From: an uncultured Pseudomonadota bacterium
GTDB taxonomy: Bacteria > Pseudomonadota > Alphaproteobacteria > RF32 > CAG-239
Assembly: GCA_949295085.1 (NCBI GenBank)
Contig: CASFJS010000005.1
Coordinates: forward strand, 136,991-200,990
Length of the DNA: 64,000 bases
Direction of reading: 5' to 3'
Part shown: one piece after another, positions 36,155-47,237 of the stretch
Layout: each line of letters starts with the position of its first letter
Numbering within the stretch: position 1 is the stretch's first letter
Made by a program: the position numbers and the translations under genes
The notes under the pieces: model-generated
Told to the model about the DNA's origin: nothing
Database searches by the model: none
Seen by the model: the letters and a program-made list of their open reading frames with translations, nothing else

Positions 36155-37504
36155 ATGGTTTCATTGGCAGAAAAAATGGCGGCAAATATGGATATGTCCG
36201 CCTTCAGCAAAGCAGATGAATTAAAGAAAAGATTGTGGTTTACCGTGCTGGCGCTGATTGTGTTTCGCGTCGGGACGTTTGTGCCGCTGCCGGGGATTGA
36301 CCCGACAATCGTGGCCGAGTTGTTTGCCCGTAATTCCGGCGGTCTGTTGGGGATGTTTAATATGTTTGCCGGCGGCGCGCTGGAACGTATGACCATTTTT
36401 GCTTTGAACATTATGCCTTATATCTCGGCCTCGATTATCGTGCAGCTGGGACAATCGATTATTCCGTCGCTGCAATCGTTGAAAAAAGAGGGCGAGGCCG
36501 GACACCGCAAGATTACGCAGTATACCCGCTATCTGACGGTGTTGATTACGATTATCCAAGGCTATGGTATCGCCGTCGGGCTGGAAAGCATGAGCGGCGC
36601 CAGCGGTATGTCGGCGGTGTTGTTGCCGGGCGGTTTGTTTAAGTTTACGACGATTGTTTCGTTGGTCGGCGGGACGATGTTTATTGTCTGGCTGGGCGAA
36701 CAGATTACCGCGCGCGGCGTCGGCAACGGGTCGTCGTTGATTATTACCGTGGGTATTATCGCCAATATTCCGTCAGCCTTGGCGCAGACGTTTGAACTGG
36801 GGCGCGTCGGGTCGATGTCGACGGGGGTTATTTTGATGTTGCTGGTGATGGCGGTGGCGCTTGTTTATCTGATTATCTTTGTTGAGAGAGCGCAGCGCAA
36901 AATCATTATTCAATACCCCAAACGTCAGGCAATGGGGCGTATGGGCGCGGCCGAGAGTTCGCACCTGCCGCTTAAGATTAACCCGACCGGTGTTATTCCG
37001 CCGATTTTTGCCAGCTCGTTGTTGCTGTTGCCGATAACCATTGCCAATTTGAGCGCCGAAAACGGCCCGGCCTGGGTACAGAATTTGTCGCAGATGCTGG
37101 GACACGGTCAGCCGTTGTATTTGGCTCTGTATGCGTTTTTGATTGCGTTTTTTGCTTTCTTTTATACCGCGATTGTGTTTAATCCGGAAGAAACGGCGGA
37201 AAATTTGAAAAAACACGGCGGATTTGTTGCCGGTATCAGACCGGGCAAAAATACCGCCGAGTATCTGGACTATGTGATTACCCGTCTGACGGTTTTGGGC
37301 GCGGTTTATCTGGTCGGTTTGTGTATTTTGCCGGAAATTCTTATCAGCAAGTTGTCGGTGCCGTTTATTTTGGGCGGTACGACGCTGCTTATCGTGGTGC
37401 AGGTGACCATGGATTTTGTCGGGCAGATACAGTCGCATTTGTTGGCCTATCAGTATGAGTCATTAATCCGCAAAGCCTCTCTGGCCGGCAAAAAGAGAAG
37501 ATAA
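36155..37504 (+). CDS. secY: Preprotein translocase subunit SecY
   Basis: IMPYISASII, GEQITARGVGNG, GIRPGK, GGTTLLIVV. Confidence 0.99.
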   Translation: MVSLAEKMAANMDMSAFSKADELKKRLWFTVLALIVFRVGTFVPLPGIDPTIVAELFARNSGGLLGMFNMFAGGALERMTIFALNIMPYISASIIVQLGQSIIPSLQSLKKEGEAGHRKITQYTRYLTVLITIIQGYGIAVGLESMSGASGMSAVLLPGGLFKFTTIVSLVGGTMFIVWLGEQITARGVGNGSSLIITVGIIANIPSALAQTFELGRVGSMSTGVILMLLVMAVALVYLIIFVERAQRKIIIQYPKRQAMGRMGAAESSHLPLKINPTGVIPPIFASSLLLLPITIANLSAENGPAWVQNLSQMLGHGQPLYLALYAFLIAFFAFFYTAIVFNPEETAENLKKHGGFVAGIRPGKNTAEYLDYVITRLTVLGAVYLVGLCILPEILISKLSVPFILGGTTLLIVVQVTMDFVGQIQSHLLAYQYESLIRKASLAGKKRR

Positions 37505-37505
37505 C

Positions 37506-38177
37506 ATGACCGACAGCAAACGCGGACTACGCATTGTTTTGACCGGCGCACCGGGGTGCGGCAAAGGCACGCAGGCCAGACTTTTGAAACAAAGAATCGG
37601 TGTGCCGCATTTGTCTACCGGCGAGATGTTGCGCGCCGAAGCGCAGACGGGATCAAAACTCGGTTCGGAGATTAAGGCGTTGATTGACAAGGGTAATCTG
37701 GTGCCTGATGAGATGATTATCACGATGCTCGGCAAGCGAATCGATGAGGCCGACTGCCAAAGCGGGTTTATCCTTGACGGTTTTCCGCGGACGTTGCCGC
37801 AGGCCGAGGCGTTGGATAAGATGCTTAAGGAAAAAGGCATTGAGCTTGACGCGGTGATTGAAATTCAGGTTCCGGACGAGATTATCATGGAGCGTATTCT
37901 GGGGCGCTATGCCTGTATGAAATGCGGACAAGGCTATCATGACAAGTATCAGCAACCGAAAGTTTACGGTGTTTGTGATAATTGCGGCGGTACGGAGTTT
38001 TATCGGCGAATCGATGACAACCGCGCAACGGTACAAAACCGACTCGTCAATTATCGGGCGCTGACTTATCCGACAATACCGTATTTTGAAAAAGAAGGTT
38101 TGCTGCGTTGTGTTGACGGAACCGGCTCAATTGAGGCGGTTGCCAAGAAAATTGATGATATTTTGGGGCTCGGTTAA
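37506..38177 (+). CDS. adk: Adenylate kinase (zinc-binding LID)
   Basis: GAPGCGKGTQ, LDGFPRT, CxxC-x16-CxxC. Confidence 0.98.
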   Translation: MTDSKRGLRIVLTGAPGCGKGTQARLLKQRIGVPHLSTGEMLRAEAQTGSKLGSEIKALIDKGNLVPDEMIITMLGKRIDEADCQSGFILDGFPRTLPQAEALDKMLKEKGIELDAVIEIQVPDEIIMERILGRYACMKCGQGYHDKYQQPKVYGVCDNCGGTEFYRRIDDNRATVQNRLVNYRALTYPTIPYFEKEGLLRCVDGTGSIEAVAKKIDDILGLG

Positions 38178-38240
38178 CAAGGTCTGGTTTTAGAATTTTG
38201 AAAAAAGTGTATTTTTTTGGAATTTTTGTTAAATCTGTGG

Positions 38241-38268
38241 TTGACACAAACAAATTTTGTCATATAAT
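38241..38268 (+). promoter_or_regulatory. Alpha-operon promoter
   Basis: TTGACA-N16-TATAAT, perfect hexamers. Confidence 0.8.
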
Positions 38269-38342
38269 CCGGCTTAATTTTGAAAAGTGGTGATCAACTT
38301 TTTAAATTGTGTTGTAATTTTAAATAAAGATGGAGAGTGAAT

Positions 38343-38711
38343 TTGGCTCGTATAGCTGGTGTAAACATTCCAACTGCCAAGAAAATCGGAGTCGCCCTGA
38401 CTTATATCTATGGCATTGGTAGAAAAACTGCTCAGGACATTTGCAAAAAGTCCGGCGTTTCCGAAGATCGCCGTGTTCAGGAATTGAGCGATGAAGAAGT
38501 TGCCAAAATTCGTGATGTGATTGACAGCAGTGTTGTTGTCGAAGGCGAATTGCGCCGCGAAGTCGGTGTTAATATCAAAAGACTGATGGACCTCGGTTGT
38601 TACAGAGGTTTGCGTCATCGTAAAGGTTTGCCCGTCAGAGGTCAGAGCACCAAACAAAATGCCCGTACCCGCAAAGGCAAACGCAAAACCGTCGCGAACA
38701 AAAAGAAATAA
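38343..38711 (+). CDS. rpsM: 30S ribosomal protein S13 (TTG start)
   Basis: (M)[24 protein letters not shown]. Confidence 0.98.
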   Translation: MARIAGVNIPTAKKIGVALTYIYGIGRKTAQDICKKSGVSEDRRVQELSDEEVAKIRDVIDSSVVVEGELRREVGVNIKRLMDLGCYRGLRHRKGLPVRGQSTKQNARTRKGKRKTVANKKK

Positions 38712-38724
38712 GGTGATTTGAGAA

Positions 38725-39117
38725 ATGGCAAAAGCAGTATCACAACGTGTTAAAAGAAAAGAGAAGAAAAATATTTCGGCAGGCGTTGCCCATATTAATT
38801 CTACTTTTAATAATACCCGGGTAACCATTACCGATGCTCAGGGCAATACGGTTGCCTGGTCAACCGCCGGTGCTCAGGGTTTTAAGGGCTCCAGAAAATC
38901 GACTCCTTATGCCGCGCAGGTTGCGGCCGAGGAAGCCGGCAAAAAGGCTCAGGAGCACGGGATGAAGACTTTGGAGGTTGAAGTTAAAGGTCCGGGGTCC
39001 GGCAGAGAATCGGCCATCAGGGCTTTGCAGGTTGTCGGTTTTACCATCACGACCATTCGCGATGTAACGCCCATTCCGCACAACGGTTGCAGACTGAGAA
39101 AAAGACGCCGCGTATAA
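38725..39117 (+). CDS. rpsK: 30S ribosomal protein S11
   Basis: [24 protein letters not shown]. Confidence 0.99.
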   Translation: MAKAVSQRVKRKEKKNISAGVAHINSTFNNTRVTITDAQGNTVAWSTAGAQGFKGSRKSTPYAAQVAAEEAGKKAQEHGMKTLEVEVKGPGSGRESAIRALQVVGFTITTIRDVTPIPHNGCRLRKRRRV

Positions 39118-39218
39118 TTTATTTTTGTGAAAGATTGCGGAGCGGGATGTTCCGCAATCTTTAAGTCCGTTTATAAAACTTTAAGCATATGCAATAAAAA
39201 ACTTTAGAGGGCATTCCA

Positions 39219-40229
39219 GTGATTCAAAAAAATTGGCAAGAACTTATTAAACCGACTAACTTGAATATCACGGCTTTGGAAGAAGCCAATAAAACCAAGA
39301 TAGTCGTTGAACCTTTGGAAAGAGGTTTTGGTTTGACTCTGGGCAACGCGTTGCGCAGAGTTCTGTTGTCTTCATTGCAGGGCGGCGCCGTGACCAGTAT
39401 CAAGATAGACGGTGTATTGCATGAATTCTCGGTTATTCCGGGGGTCAGAGAAGATGTGACCGATATTGTTTTGAACATCAAAGGATTGGCGGTTGCTGTT
39501 CACAGCGAGGGCGTCAAAACCATGACATTGAAAGCCGAAGGACCGTGTGTGGTTACCGCGGCGATGATTGAAGTCGGCCATGATGTTGAAATCAAGAATC
39601 CGGAGCTGGTTATCTGCAATTTGGACGCCGGCGCCAAACTCAATATGGAAATGACGGTCGGAACAGGCAAAGGCTATGTGCCGGCAGCAATGAACAAAAC
39701 AGCGGATACGCCGATCGGGGTTATCCCGGTTGATGCGATTTATTCACCGGTCAGAAAAGTTTCGTACAAAGTCGAAAATACCCGTGTCGGTCAGGCTACC
39801 GACTATGATAAATTGACGTTGATTGTGGAAACCAACGGTGTGGTGACGCCGGAAGATGCCGTGGCTTATGCGGCGAGAATTCTGCAGGATCAATTGAAGC
39901 CGTTTATCAACTTTGACGAGCCGGAAGCAGAAACCGAAGCGGAGAAAGAAGAACTGCCGTTTAACCGCAACTTGTTGAAAAAAGTTGATGAGCTTGAGTT
40001 GTCGGTACGTTCGGCTAACTGCCTGAAGAACGATAACATCGTTTATATCGGTGATTTGGTTCAGAAAACCGAAGCCGAGATGTTGCGGACACCGAACTTC
40101 GGTCGCAAGTCATTGAACGAAATTAAAGAGGTTTTGGCTAAGATGGGTATTCATCTGGGGATGGATACGCCGGGATGGCCGCCTGAGAATATTGAGGAAT
40201 TGATTCGCCGTTGTGACGAACCGTTCTAG
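39219..40229 (+). CDS. rpoA: RNA polymerase alpha subunit
   Basis: [37 protein letters not shown]. Confidence 0.99.
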   Translation: MIQKNWQELIKPTNLNITALEEANKTKIVVEPLERGFGLTLGNALRRVLLSSLQGGAVTSIKIDGVLHEFSVIPGVREDVTDIVLNIKGLAVAVHSEGVKTMTLKAEGPCVVTAAMIEVGHDVEIKNPELVICNLDAGAKLNMEMTVGTGKGYVPAAMNKTADTPIGVIPVDAIYSPVRKVSYKVENTRVGQATDYDKLTLIVETNGVVTPEDAVAYAARILQDQLKPFINFDEPEAETEAEKEELPFNRNLLKKVDELELSVRSANCLKNDNIVYIGDLVQKTEAEMLRTPNFGRKSLNEIKEVLAKMGIHLGMDTPGWPPENIEELIRRCDEPF

Positions 40230-40238
40230 AAAGTTAAA

Positions 40239-40264
40239 AAAACCGAGCTGAAAAGCTCGGTTTT
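40239..40264 (+). terminator. Terminator directly after rpoA
   Basis: aaaaccgagct-gaaa-agctcggtttt. Confidence 0.85.
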
Positions 40265-40332
40265 CTTGTTTAATGATTTATTGAGAAGATTTAGTTAGCA
40301 TATCAGAAATAAATCTTTTTCCGGAGGAAAGT

Positions 40333-41220
40333 ACGAAAATAATTAAAACAGAAGTTCGAAAAGACGGGCAATGCCGTATATATTTGTGGGGTCTTAGAAT
40401 ATTGAGTTATAAAAAAGGCCAATCGTGGCATAATAAATTGATTGAAGGATATCGGAATAAATTTGAAAAAGCGGGGTGGAAGATTACACATCGGAAGACG
40501 GGATTTATCCTTGCTAAAGATGATTTTGAAGTTTGCGGAATTGCCGAGAATACGCTATGGACAGGGTATGGGGTCTTTGTTCGGGAAGATTATGCTTTTT
40601 ATGATGATGCCGATTATATCATGATTGATATCGGATTTAATCTCGGCTTTACCAGTTTGAAGATGGCTCAACGAAAAAATATTAAAAAAATTTATGCTTT
40701 TGAGCCTTTTGCGCAGACATTAAAACAAGCTCGAGAAAATATGGCACTGAATCCAAAATTGGCCAGAAAAATAAAGATTTTTGATTATGGCCTCAGTGAT
40801 GCCGATAAAGTTAAAGAAATTCATTATAATCCAAAAATGCCCGGCGGTATGAGTACGGTTAGAGACAGTTATCCAGAGTGTCAGGAGCTAACGAAGGTTG
40901 TGTTGCGTCATGCCGCTGATGTTTTACGACCAATTTTGCAAAATAACAAACATAAAGTGTTTGTTAAAATAGATTGCGAGGGCGCCGAAACGGAAATTAT
41001 ACCCTGTCTGGACAAAGCAAAGTTACTGAAAAAAGTAGATCTGATAATTATGGAGTGGCATTTTGGATGTTTCAGGCAGTTGATTGAAGTGTTAACAAAA
41101 AACGGATTTGTGGTTTGTTGTACGCATGAGATCGCCGGAGAAAGAGGAATGATAACGGCTTTTAGAAAAAAAACAGCCGGATTAAAGCGGGTTTTGATTT
41201 TATCGTTGCGTTATTGGTAA
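40333..41220 (+). CDS. FkbM-family methyltransferase; probable original start is ACG at 40333
   Basis: IDIGFNLG, YAFEP, KIDCEGAE, IIMEWH; GGAGG SD 5 nt before an in-frame ACG; AT-richer than flanks. Confidence 0.85.
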   Translation, partial: TKIIKTEVRKDGQCRIYLWGLRILSYKKGQSWHNKLIEGYRNKFEKAGWKITHRKTGFILAKDDFEVCGIAENTLWTGYGVFVREDYAFYDDADYIMIDIGFNLGFTSLKMAQRKNIKKIYAFEPFAQTLKQARENMALNPKLARKIKIFDYGLSDADKVKEIHYNPKMPGGMSTVRDSYPECQELTKVVLRHAADVLRPILQNNKHKVFVKIDCEGAETEIIPCLDKAKLLKKVDLIIMEWHFGCFRQLIEVLTKNGFVVCCTHEIAGERGMITAFRKKTAGLKRVLILSLRYW

Positions 41221-41263
41221 AAACGATGTATACACAAAATTCAACTTTAATTATATATATATT

Positions 41264-41911
41264 ATGAGCAGTTTTAAATTCAGTGTTCCCAAGAGGAATG
41301 CCCCCGCCGAACAATGGCAAAAATTTTCATTAATGGCGCCGCATGCCGTGGTTGAAGAAGTGTATTACGGAATTCTTCATAAAAACGGTTATGAGAAAGC
41401 AAGAGAAATTTTATCCTCTCGTCTGAAGATATTTGACCGTCCGCTGGTTCGGATTGTTACGGATACGAGCATAATGGTGGCCGCGGATACGCCTAATGAA
41501 GAAATTAAAAAACAGGTTGCCGCCGTAAAACAAGGGATTTTTCCGGCAATCGTTTGTGAAGTAATGGATACGAATCCCGCCAAAAGTTTTGGCTGGTTTC
41601 GAGGATTAGCCGTTAACAGGGAGCTGGTGTTTGCCGGTGTCGTGAGTCTGTCAATGAATGTTGAAGAGGCTTGTGCGCTGGTTAGGAAAAACGGAATGTC
41701 GTTGTTGACGGTTGACGATGTTGTTGCCATAAGTGAGAGGTTGACAACTGTTCGCGAAATATTTCGCAATATGTGTTATCCGCTGCGTTCCGGAAGATAT
41801 TGGATTGAAGGTCAGGTGGCTGATGAAAATCTGGTATGGACGCTCGGCAGTTGTACAAAGTTTGCTTGCGCACCGGAAGGTGTTGAATGTTTGGTGGCGG
41901 CTAAAATCTGA
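41264..41911 (+). CDS. Hypothetical protein
   Basis: 215-aa ORF followed by a terminator; no recognisable motif. Confidence 0.75.
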   Translation: MSSFKFSVPKRNAPAEQWQKFSLMAPHAVVEEVYYGILHKNGYEKAREILSSRLKIFDRPLVRIVTDTSIMVAADTPNEEIKKQVAAVKQGIFPAIVCEVMDTNPAKSFGWFRGLAVNRELVFAGVVSLSMNVEEACALVRKNGMSLLTVDDVVAISERLTTVREIFRNMCYPLRSGRYWIEGQVADENLVWTLGSCTKFACAPEGVECLVAAKI

Positions 41912-41922
41912 ATGCTGGAAGT

Positions 41923-41964
41923 AAAAAAAGCTTTTGTTCCTGAAAAAGGGCAGAAGCTTTTTTT
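41923..41964 (+). terminator. Intrinsic terminator
   Basis: aaaaaaagcttttgttc / gggcagaagcttttttt. Confidence 0.75.
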
Positions 41965-42058
41965 ATGGGTATAACCGGCAAAAAAAAGTGGTTGCGAAGT
42001 TAAAAAATTGCTATGATTTTCGCAGTTTTTAACAGGATATAACAAAGGAAGAATCAAA

Positions 42059-44872
42059 GTGTCTGAAGAAAGTAATTTGGTTGAAAGCAGGCAGGATATT
42101 TCGCCGGTTGAAATTTCGGAGGAAATGCGCCGTTCGTATCTGGATTATGCGATGAGCGTTATTGTGGCGCGTGCGTTGCCGGATGTCCGCGATGGTTTAA
42201 AGCCGGTGCACCGGCGTATTATTTATTCGGCTTATGAAAACGGTTATGACTACAACCGGCCGTTTCGTAAGTCGGCACGTATCGTCGGTGATGTCTTAGG
42301 TAAATATCATCCGCACGGTGATAGTTCGGTTTATGAGGCAATGGTGCGTTTGGCGCAGCCGTTTTCAATGCGGGTGCCGCTGATTGACGGGCAGGGTAAC
42401 TTCGGTTCGATGGACGGCGACAGTGCGGCGGCAATGCGTTATACCGAAGCCAGGTTGGCTAAGGTCGCCCATGCGTTGATTGATGATATTGACAAAGACA
42501 CGGTTGATTTTATGCCCAACTATGACGAGAGCCTGCAAGAGCCGACGGTTTTGCCGGCGCGCTACCCGAATCTTCTGGTCAACGGGGCTAACGGTATTGC
42601 CGTCGGTATGGCGACAAATATTCCGCCGCATAATCTGGGCGAAGTGATTGACGCCTGTTGTGCCTATATTGACAATCCGGAAATTTCAACAGAGGATTTG
42701 ATTAAGATTGTTCCGGGGCCGGATTTTCCAACCGGCGGGCTGATTCTCGGCTATTCGGGCGCCAAGTCGGCTTATCTGACCGGGCGCGGGTCGATTGTGA
42801 TGCGCGCTAAATGCACGATTGAGGAACTACACAAAGACAAAGAGGCCATTATCGTGCATGAGATTCCGTACCAGGTCAACAAAGCGGCAATGATTCAACG
42901 AATTGCCGAATTGCTGAAAGAAAAGAAGATTGAGGGTATATCCGAAATCCGCGATGAATCGGACCGGCAGGGTGTGCGTGTGGTTATTGAAATCAAACGC
43001 GATTTTCAAGCCGACGTGGTGTTGAATCAATTGTATAAATATACGCTGCTGCAAACCAGTTTCGGTATGAATATGCTGGCGATTTATAACGGCCGGCCGA
43101 TGATGCTGACGTTGAAAGACATTATCAAAGCCTTTATTGAATTTCGCGAAGAAGTTATTCGCCGGCGGACGATTTTTGAGCTTAACAAGGCGCGTGACCG
43201 GGCGCATACGTTGGTCGGTTTGGCAATTGCAGTGGAAAATATTGATCCGGTGATCGAGCTTATCCGCACGTCGCCGTCGCCGCAGGAGGCTAAGGACGCC
43301 TTGTTGTCTAAAGCTTGGCCGGCAGGCGATGTTGAGGCATTGGTCAAGTTGATTGATGAACCGGATCGCAAGGTTGAAAACGGCACCTACCGGTTGTCGG
43401 AAAATCAGGCTAAGGCGATTTTGGATTTGAAATTGCAGCGCTTAACCGGGCTTGAGCGTGATAAAATTCATGAAGAGTTGGTTGGTTTGGGCGAAGAGAT
43501 TAAGGAATGTCTGGCGATTTTGAGCTCTCGCGAAAAGCTTTATGGTATTATGCGCGATGAGCTGGTTGAGATTAAAGACGAATATGCCAATCCGCGCCGT
43601 TCAAAGATTGAGGATATTGAGTATGATACCGATGTCGAATCGTTGATTCAGCGCGAGGAAATGGTGGTGACGGTAACCGAGGCCGGTTATATCAAACGTG
43701 TGCCGCTCAATGCTTACAAGGCGCAAAAACGCGGCGGCAAGGGTAAATCCGGTATGGCAACCAAAGATGAGGATTTTGTGACCCGTTTGTTTGTGGCCAG
43801 CACGCATACACCGGTGTTGTTCTTCTCATCCAAAGGGTTGGTGTATAAGATGAAAGTTTATAAACTGCCGCTGGGGTCGCCGACCTCAAAAGGCAAGCCT
43901 TTCATCAACCTGCTGCCTTTGGAAAACGGCGAGACGATTACAACGATTATGAAACTGCCGGAAAATGAGGCCGAGTGCAAGGATTTGTTTATTATGTTTG
44001 CGACGGCGTCAGGTAATGTCCGCCGCAATTCGCTGATGGATTTTGTTAACGTACAGTCCAACGGTAAGATTGCAATGAAGTTGGATGAAGGCGACAAGTT
44101 GATTAACGTGCGTATTTGCAACGAAGACGAAGATGTTTTGCTGGCAGCCAAAAGCGGCAAATGTATTCGTTTTCCGGTGACGGAAGTACGCGTGTTTGTC
44201 GGCCGCAATTCGACCGGTGTGCGCGGTATTAAACTCGGTAGCGGTGACGAAGTGGTTTCGATGTCTGTTCTGAACCACAGCGAGGCAACATCGGAGGAAC
44301 GCGACGAATATCTTAAAGTATCGTCGGCCTTAAAACGCCTGCAAGCCGAGAGGGGTGAAGATTTTGAGCCGTCATTTGCCGAATTCGGTGTTGAAACAAC
44401 GGTATTAACGGCCGAAAAATTTGCGGCGATGAGAGAAAAGGAACAATTTATTTTGTCAGTAACGACGACAGGTTATGGCAAGCGTTCATCATCATACGAA
44501 TATCGTGTGACGGGACGCGGCGGTCAGGGGATTGCCAATATGGAGATGTCGGCACGTAACAAAGAAATAGTCAGTTCTTTTCCGATTGAGGATGACAACC
44601 AGATTATGATGGTGACCGATGCCGGCAAGCTTATCAGAATGCCGGTTGAGGATATCCGAATTGCCGGCCGCAAGACTCAAGGTGTTATTTTGTTCCGCAC
44701 GGCTGATGACGAGAAGGTCGTTTCGGTAACCAAATTGGAAGCTGATGCCGATGACGAGGAAGAGCTTGAAGCTGAAGAAGGATCTGAGGTTTTGGGTGAA
44801 AGTGTCCCGGAGTTTGACGATACCGAGCCGGCGATTGAAGAACCGGAAGTCGGACCGGAAGATGAGGCGTGA
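42059..44872 (+). CDS. gyrA: DNA gyrase subunit A
   Basis: YHPHGDS, AAMRYTE, GyrA-box QKRGGKG, acidic tail. Confidence 0.99.
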   Translation: MSEESNLVESRQDISPVEISEEMRRSYLDYAMSVIVARALPDVRDGLKPVHRRIIYSAYENGYDYNRPFRKSARIVGDVLGKYHPHGDSSVYEAMVRLAQPFSMRVPLIDGQGNFGSMDGDSAAAMRYTEARLAKVAHALIDDIDKDTVDFMPNYDESLQEPTVLPARYPNLLVNGANGIAVGMATNIPPHNLGEVIDACCAYIDNPEISTEDLIKIVPGPDFPTGGLILGYSGAKSAYLTGRGSIVMRAKCTIEELHKDKEAIIVHEIPYQVNKAAMIQRIAELLKEKKIEGISEIRDESDRQGVRVVIEIKRDFQADVVLNQLYKYTLLQTSFGMNMLAIYNGRPMMLTLKDIIKAFIEFREEVIRRRTIFELNKARDRAHTLVGLAIAVENIDPVIELIRTSPSPQEAKDALLSKAWPAGDVEALVKLIDEPDRKVENGTYRLSENQAKAILDLKLQRLTGLERDKIHEELVGLGEEIKECLAILSSREKLYGIMRDELVEIKDEYANPRRSKIEDIEYDTDVESLIQREEMVVTVTEAGYIKRVPLNAYKAQKRGGKGKSGMATKDEDFVTRLFVASTHTPVLFFSSKGLVYKMKVYKLPLGSPTSKGKPFINLLPLENGETITTIMKLPENEAECKDLFIMFATASGNVRRNSLMDFVNVQSNGKIAMKLDEGDKLINVRICNEDEDVLLAAKSGKCIRFPVTEVRVFVGRNSTGVRGIKLGSGDEVVSMSVLNHSEATSEERDEYLKVSSALKRLQAERGEDFEPSFAEFGVETTVLTAEKFAAMREKEQFILSVTTTGYGKRSSSYEYRVTGRGGQGIANMEMSARNKEIVSSFPIEDDNQIMMVTDAGKLIRMPVEDIRIAGRKTQGVILFRTADDEKVVSVTKLEADADDEEELEAEEGSEVLGESVPEFDDTEPAIEEPEVGPEDEA

Positions 44873-44892
44873 TGCCACAATTGTTAAGCAGG

Positions 44893-44921
44893 GAGCCTCC
44901 GTTTTAAAGCGGAGGCTTTTT
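44893..44921. terminator. Terminator between gyrA and lysR
   Basis: gagcctccg / cggaggctt. Confidence 0.8.
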
Positions 44922-45816
44922 ACTGTTCAACTTTTTTGGGACAGGTCATATGAAAAGTGCATTTTTCCATCCAACTCAGAAGCGGTGAAAGGTATTTTTG
45001 GCTGCTTTTGAGGTAAGAAAGGTAGTAGGTCGTTTTTAACCCTTCATCTTCCAGCGGAATTATGACGCGATTGTCGCCGTCGTTGCGGTAATTGCGGACA
45101 AGTTTGGTCGTAAAGCACAGATGATTGCCGTTTTCAAGCAGCTGGCGGAAAACAAAGTAGTCATTATAGGTTTTCATGCCGAATTTATCGGTCAGCCAAT
45201 TAATAAAAGGCTGTATTTGGCGGACATATGCGCCGTCGCCGGAATAATTTATTAATTGCAGATTTTTTTCATTATGCAGGCAAACGCTTTTTTTTGCTGT
45301 CAAGGGGTGGCCGGCGGGAACAGACAACATTAATTCTTCTGCGGCAAACGGAACGGTCACGATATTTTCGTTTTGCGGCTGTCTGAGAGATATAACGGCG
45401 TCATATTTATGTGTCAGCAGCAATGTTTCCAGATTGCTTTCATCCGGCAGCAAAGCAGAAGTAATATTGATATCGGGATTGGCTTTTTGCAGCTGCGGTA
45501 CGGAAAAACGCATCGGTCCCGGATCACAAAATCCCAGTGACAAGATGTTATCCCTGCGAATAAACTGATAAAAAGTGCTTTTCATCTCGTCGGTTTTGGA
45601 CAAGATGGTTTCGGCATAAGTCAAAGCCAGACGTCCGGCACCGTTTAAGCATAGTTTATTTTTTGAGCGCTCAAACAGCGGTACGCCGAGTTCCTCCTCC
45701 AGCTTTTTTACGGCAAGACTGAGTGCCGGTTGGGAAATATGCAGTTTTTCTGCGGCCTCGGATAAATTGTTGCATTCCGCCGCCATCTTAAAATAACGTA
45801 ATTGCGTCAGTTCCAT
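44920..45816 (-). CDS. LysR-family transcriptional regulator
   Basis: QLRYF..AAEKLHISQPALS..LEEELGVPLFER helix-turn-helix. Confidence 0.95.
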   Translation of the reverse strand: MELTQLRYFKMAAECNNLSEAAEKLHISQPALSLAVKKLEEELGVPLFERSKNKLCLNGAGRLALTYAETILSKTDEMKSTFYQFIRRDNILSLGFCDPGPMRFSVPQLQKANPDINITSALLPDESNLETLLLTHKYDAVISLRQPQNENIVTVPFAAEELMLSVPAGHPLTAKKSVCLHNEKNLQLINYSGDGAYVRQIQPFINWLTDKFGMKTYNDYFVFRQLLENGNHLCFTTKLVRNYRNDGDNRVIIPLEDEGLKTTYYLSYLKSSQKYLSPLLSWMEKCTFHMTCPKKVEQ

Positions 45817-45826
45817 AATATTCTCA

Positions 45827-45845
45827 CTATAAGTTTAAATTATAG
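45827..45845. promoter_or_regulatory. LysR recognition site in the divergent promoter
   Basis: CTATAA-N7-TTATAG palindrome containing T-N11-A. Confidence 0.65.
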
Positions 45846-45928
45846 TTATATAAACAAACGGTATTGGACTTTTGGGCAAACGTCAAGCATAATATAACCG
45901 GTTTCCAGCTAATTTTGCGGAGGATGGT

Positions 45929-46780
45929 ATGAGATTTATCCGGTGTATTTTATTTGTGACTTTAATTTTTTGTACCAGTTTTGTTAATGCTAAGGAGGAT
46001 AAGATGATGACCCGAAGCGAGCGTGCCGACAGGACTTATGAACAATTGTTTTTAGCCAAACGGACGGCCAGTCCGACCGATCCGGAATTTATGGAAATTT
46101 TGCAGCGCAATATTTTCGGGGATGTTTTTTATACCGGAAATTTGCATAACAAAGAACGCGAATTGATAACCGTGGTTGCGCTGGCGACCATGCAGACACT
46201 GCCGCAGCTAAAAGCGCATATCGGCGCGGCGCTTAATGTCGGCAATTCTCCTTTGGTCATCCGCGAGGCTATTTATCAATGCGCGCCGTTTATCGGTTTT
46301 CCGCGGACGTTGAACGCTATCGGTGTGTTTAATGAAGTTGCCAAAGAAAGAAACATCAAACTACCGCTGGAAAATGTCGGAACGACAACGGAGGCCGACC
46401 GACATGAAAAAGGCATGGCCGTGCAAAAAAAACTTTACGGCGACGAGGTAAAAAAGGCGATGGCGGCATTGCCCGGGGGATATAAAGATATTGTGCCGGA
46501 CACTTTGACCGACTTCTGTTTCGGCGATTTTTATACCCGTGACGGTTTGACAGTTCAACAACGCGAATTGTTGTCGCTTGTTGTTTTAACCGCTCTCGGG
46601 GCGGAAAAACAACTTGGCGCCCATGTCGTCGGCGCACTCAAAGCCGGAAACGACAAAGAAACGCTGCTGGCGGCGATGGTGCAGGCTGTTCCTTATACAG
46701 GGTTGGCGAACGCAATGACGACCATCAACCTGATTAAAGAGGCGGATGTTGATAATTATAAGCCGATTTATGAGGAATAA
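45929..46780 (+). CDS. Carboxymuconolactone decarboxylase (CMD/AhpD-like) family protein, two domains, with signal peptide
   Basis: Duplicated FGD..R..L..RELI..L......QL..H..AL..G; N-terminal signal peptide ending VNA. Confidence 0.9.
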   Translation: MRFIRCILFVTLIFCTSFVNAKEDKMMTRSERADRTYEQLFLAKRTASPTDPEFMEILQRNIFGDVFYTGNLHNKERELITVVALATMQTLPQLKAHIGAALNVGNSPLVIREAIYQCAPFIGFPRTLNAIGVFNEVAKERNIKLPLENVGTTTEADRHEKGMAVQKKLYGDEVKKAMAALPGGYKDIVPDTLTDFCFGDFYTRDGLTVQQRELLSLVVLTALGAEKQLGAHVVGALKAGNDKETLLAAMVQAVPYTGLANAMTTINLIKEADVDNYKPIYEE

Positions 46781-46784
46781 TGTG

Positions 46785-47237
46785 ATGAATAAGCTTTTTG
46801 TCGGGCTGCTTGTTGCTGTTTCATTGTGGGGCAATGCGGTATTCGGCGGGGGTGTGACGGAGAGTAAACCGATGAAAATCAAGTTGAGTTTTAATCAAAA
46901 CGAGGTAGTTGTGCAGATGGCGGATAATGCCGCGGTTGAGCAGTTTTTGCAAATGCTGCCGGCAGAATTTGAATTTATAGACTTTGCCGGCGAAGAAAAA
47001 ATCAGCGAATTTCTAAGCCCTGTTTCGCTTACCGGCGTGCCGCACGGCATGATTGCCGCAAGAGGCAAAATGTTTATATACGCACCGTGGGGAAATTTCG
47101 GCTTTTTTTATAAAGACCACGGAAGCACGACGGACAACAGCCTGATTGAACTCGGCGAGATTGAAAGCGGGTTGGAATATCTGGCGGAAATAAAAGGCGG
47201 TTTTTCCGCCAGGATAGAGGTTTTACGAGAGGAATGA
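46785..47237 (+). CDS. Cyclophilin-like fold protein with signal peptide
   Basis: DNAAVEQFLQMLP, DFAGEEKI, YAPWGNFGFFYKD, LIELGEI. Confidence 0.85.
   Translation: MNKLFVGLLVAVSLWGNAVFGGGVTESKPMKIKLSFNQNEVVVQMADNAAVEQFLQMLPAEFEFIDFAGEEKISEFLSPVSLTGVPHGMIAARGKMFIYAPWGNFGFFYKDHGSTTDNSLIELGEIESGLEYLAEIKGGFSARIEVLREE

Noticed and set aside
42300-42345. Quinolone-resistance changes in the GyrA QRDR (and rifampicin cluster of RpoB)
   Set aside because: HGDSSVYE keeps Ser83 and an acidic residue at 87; RpoB cluster I residues look wild type
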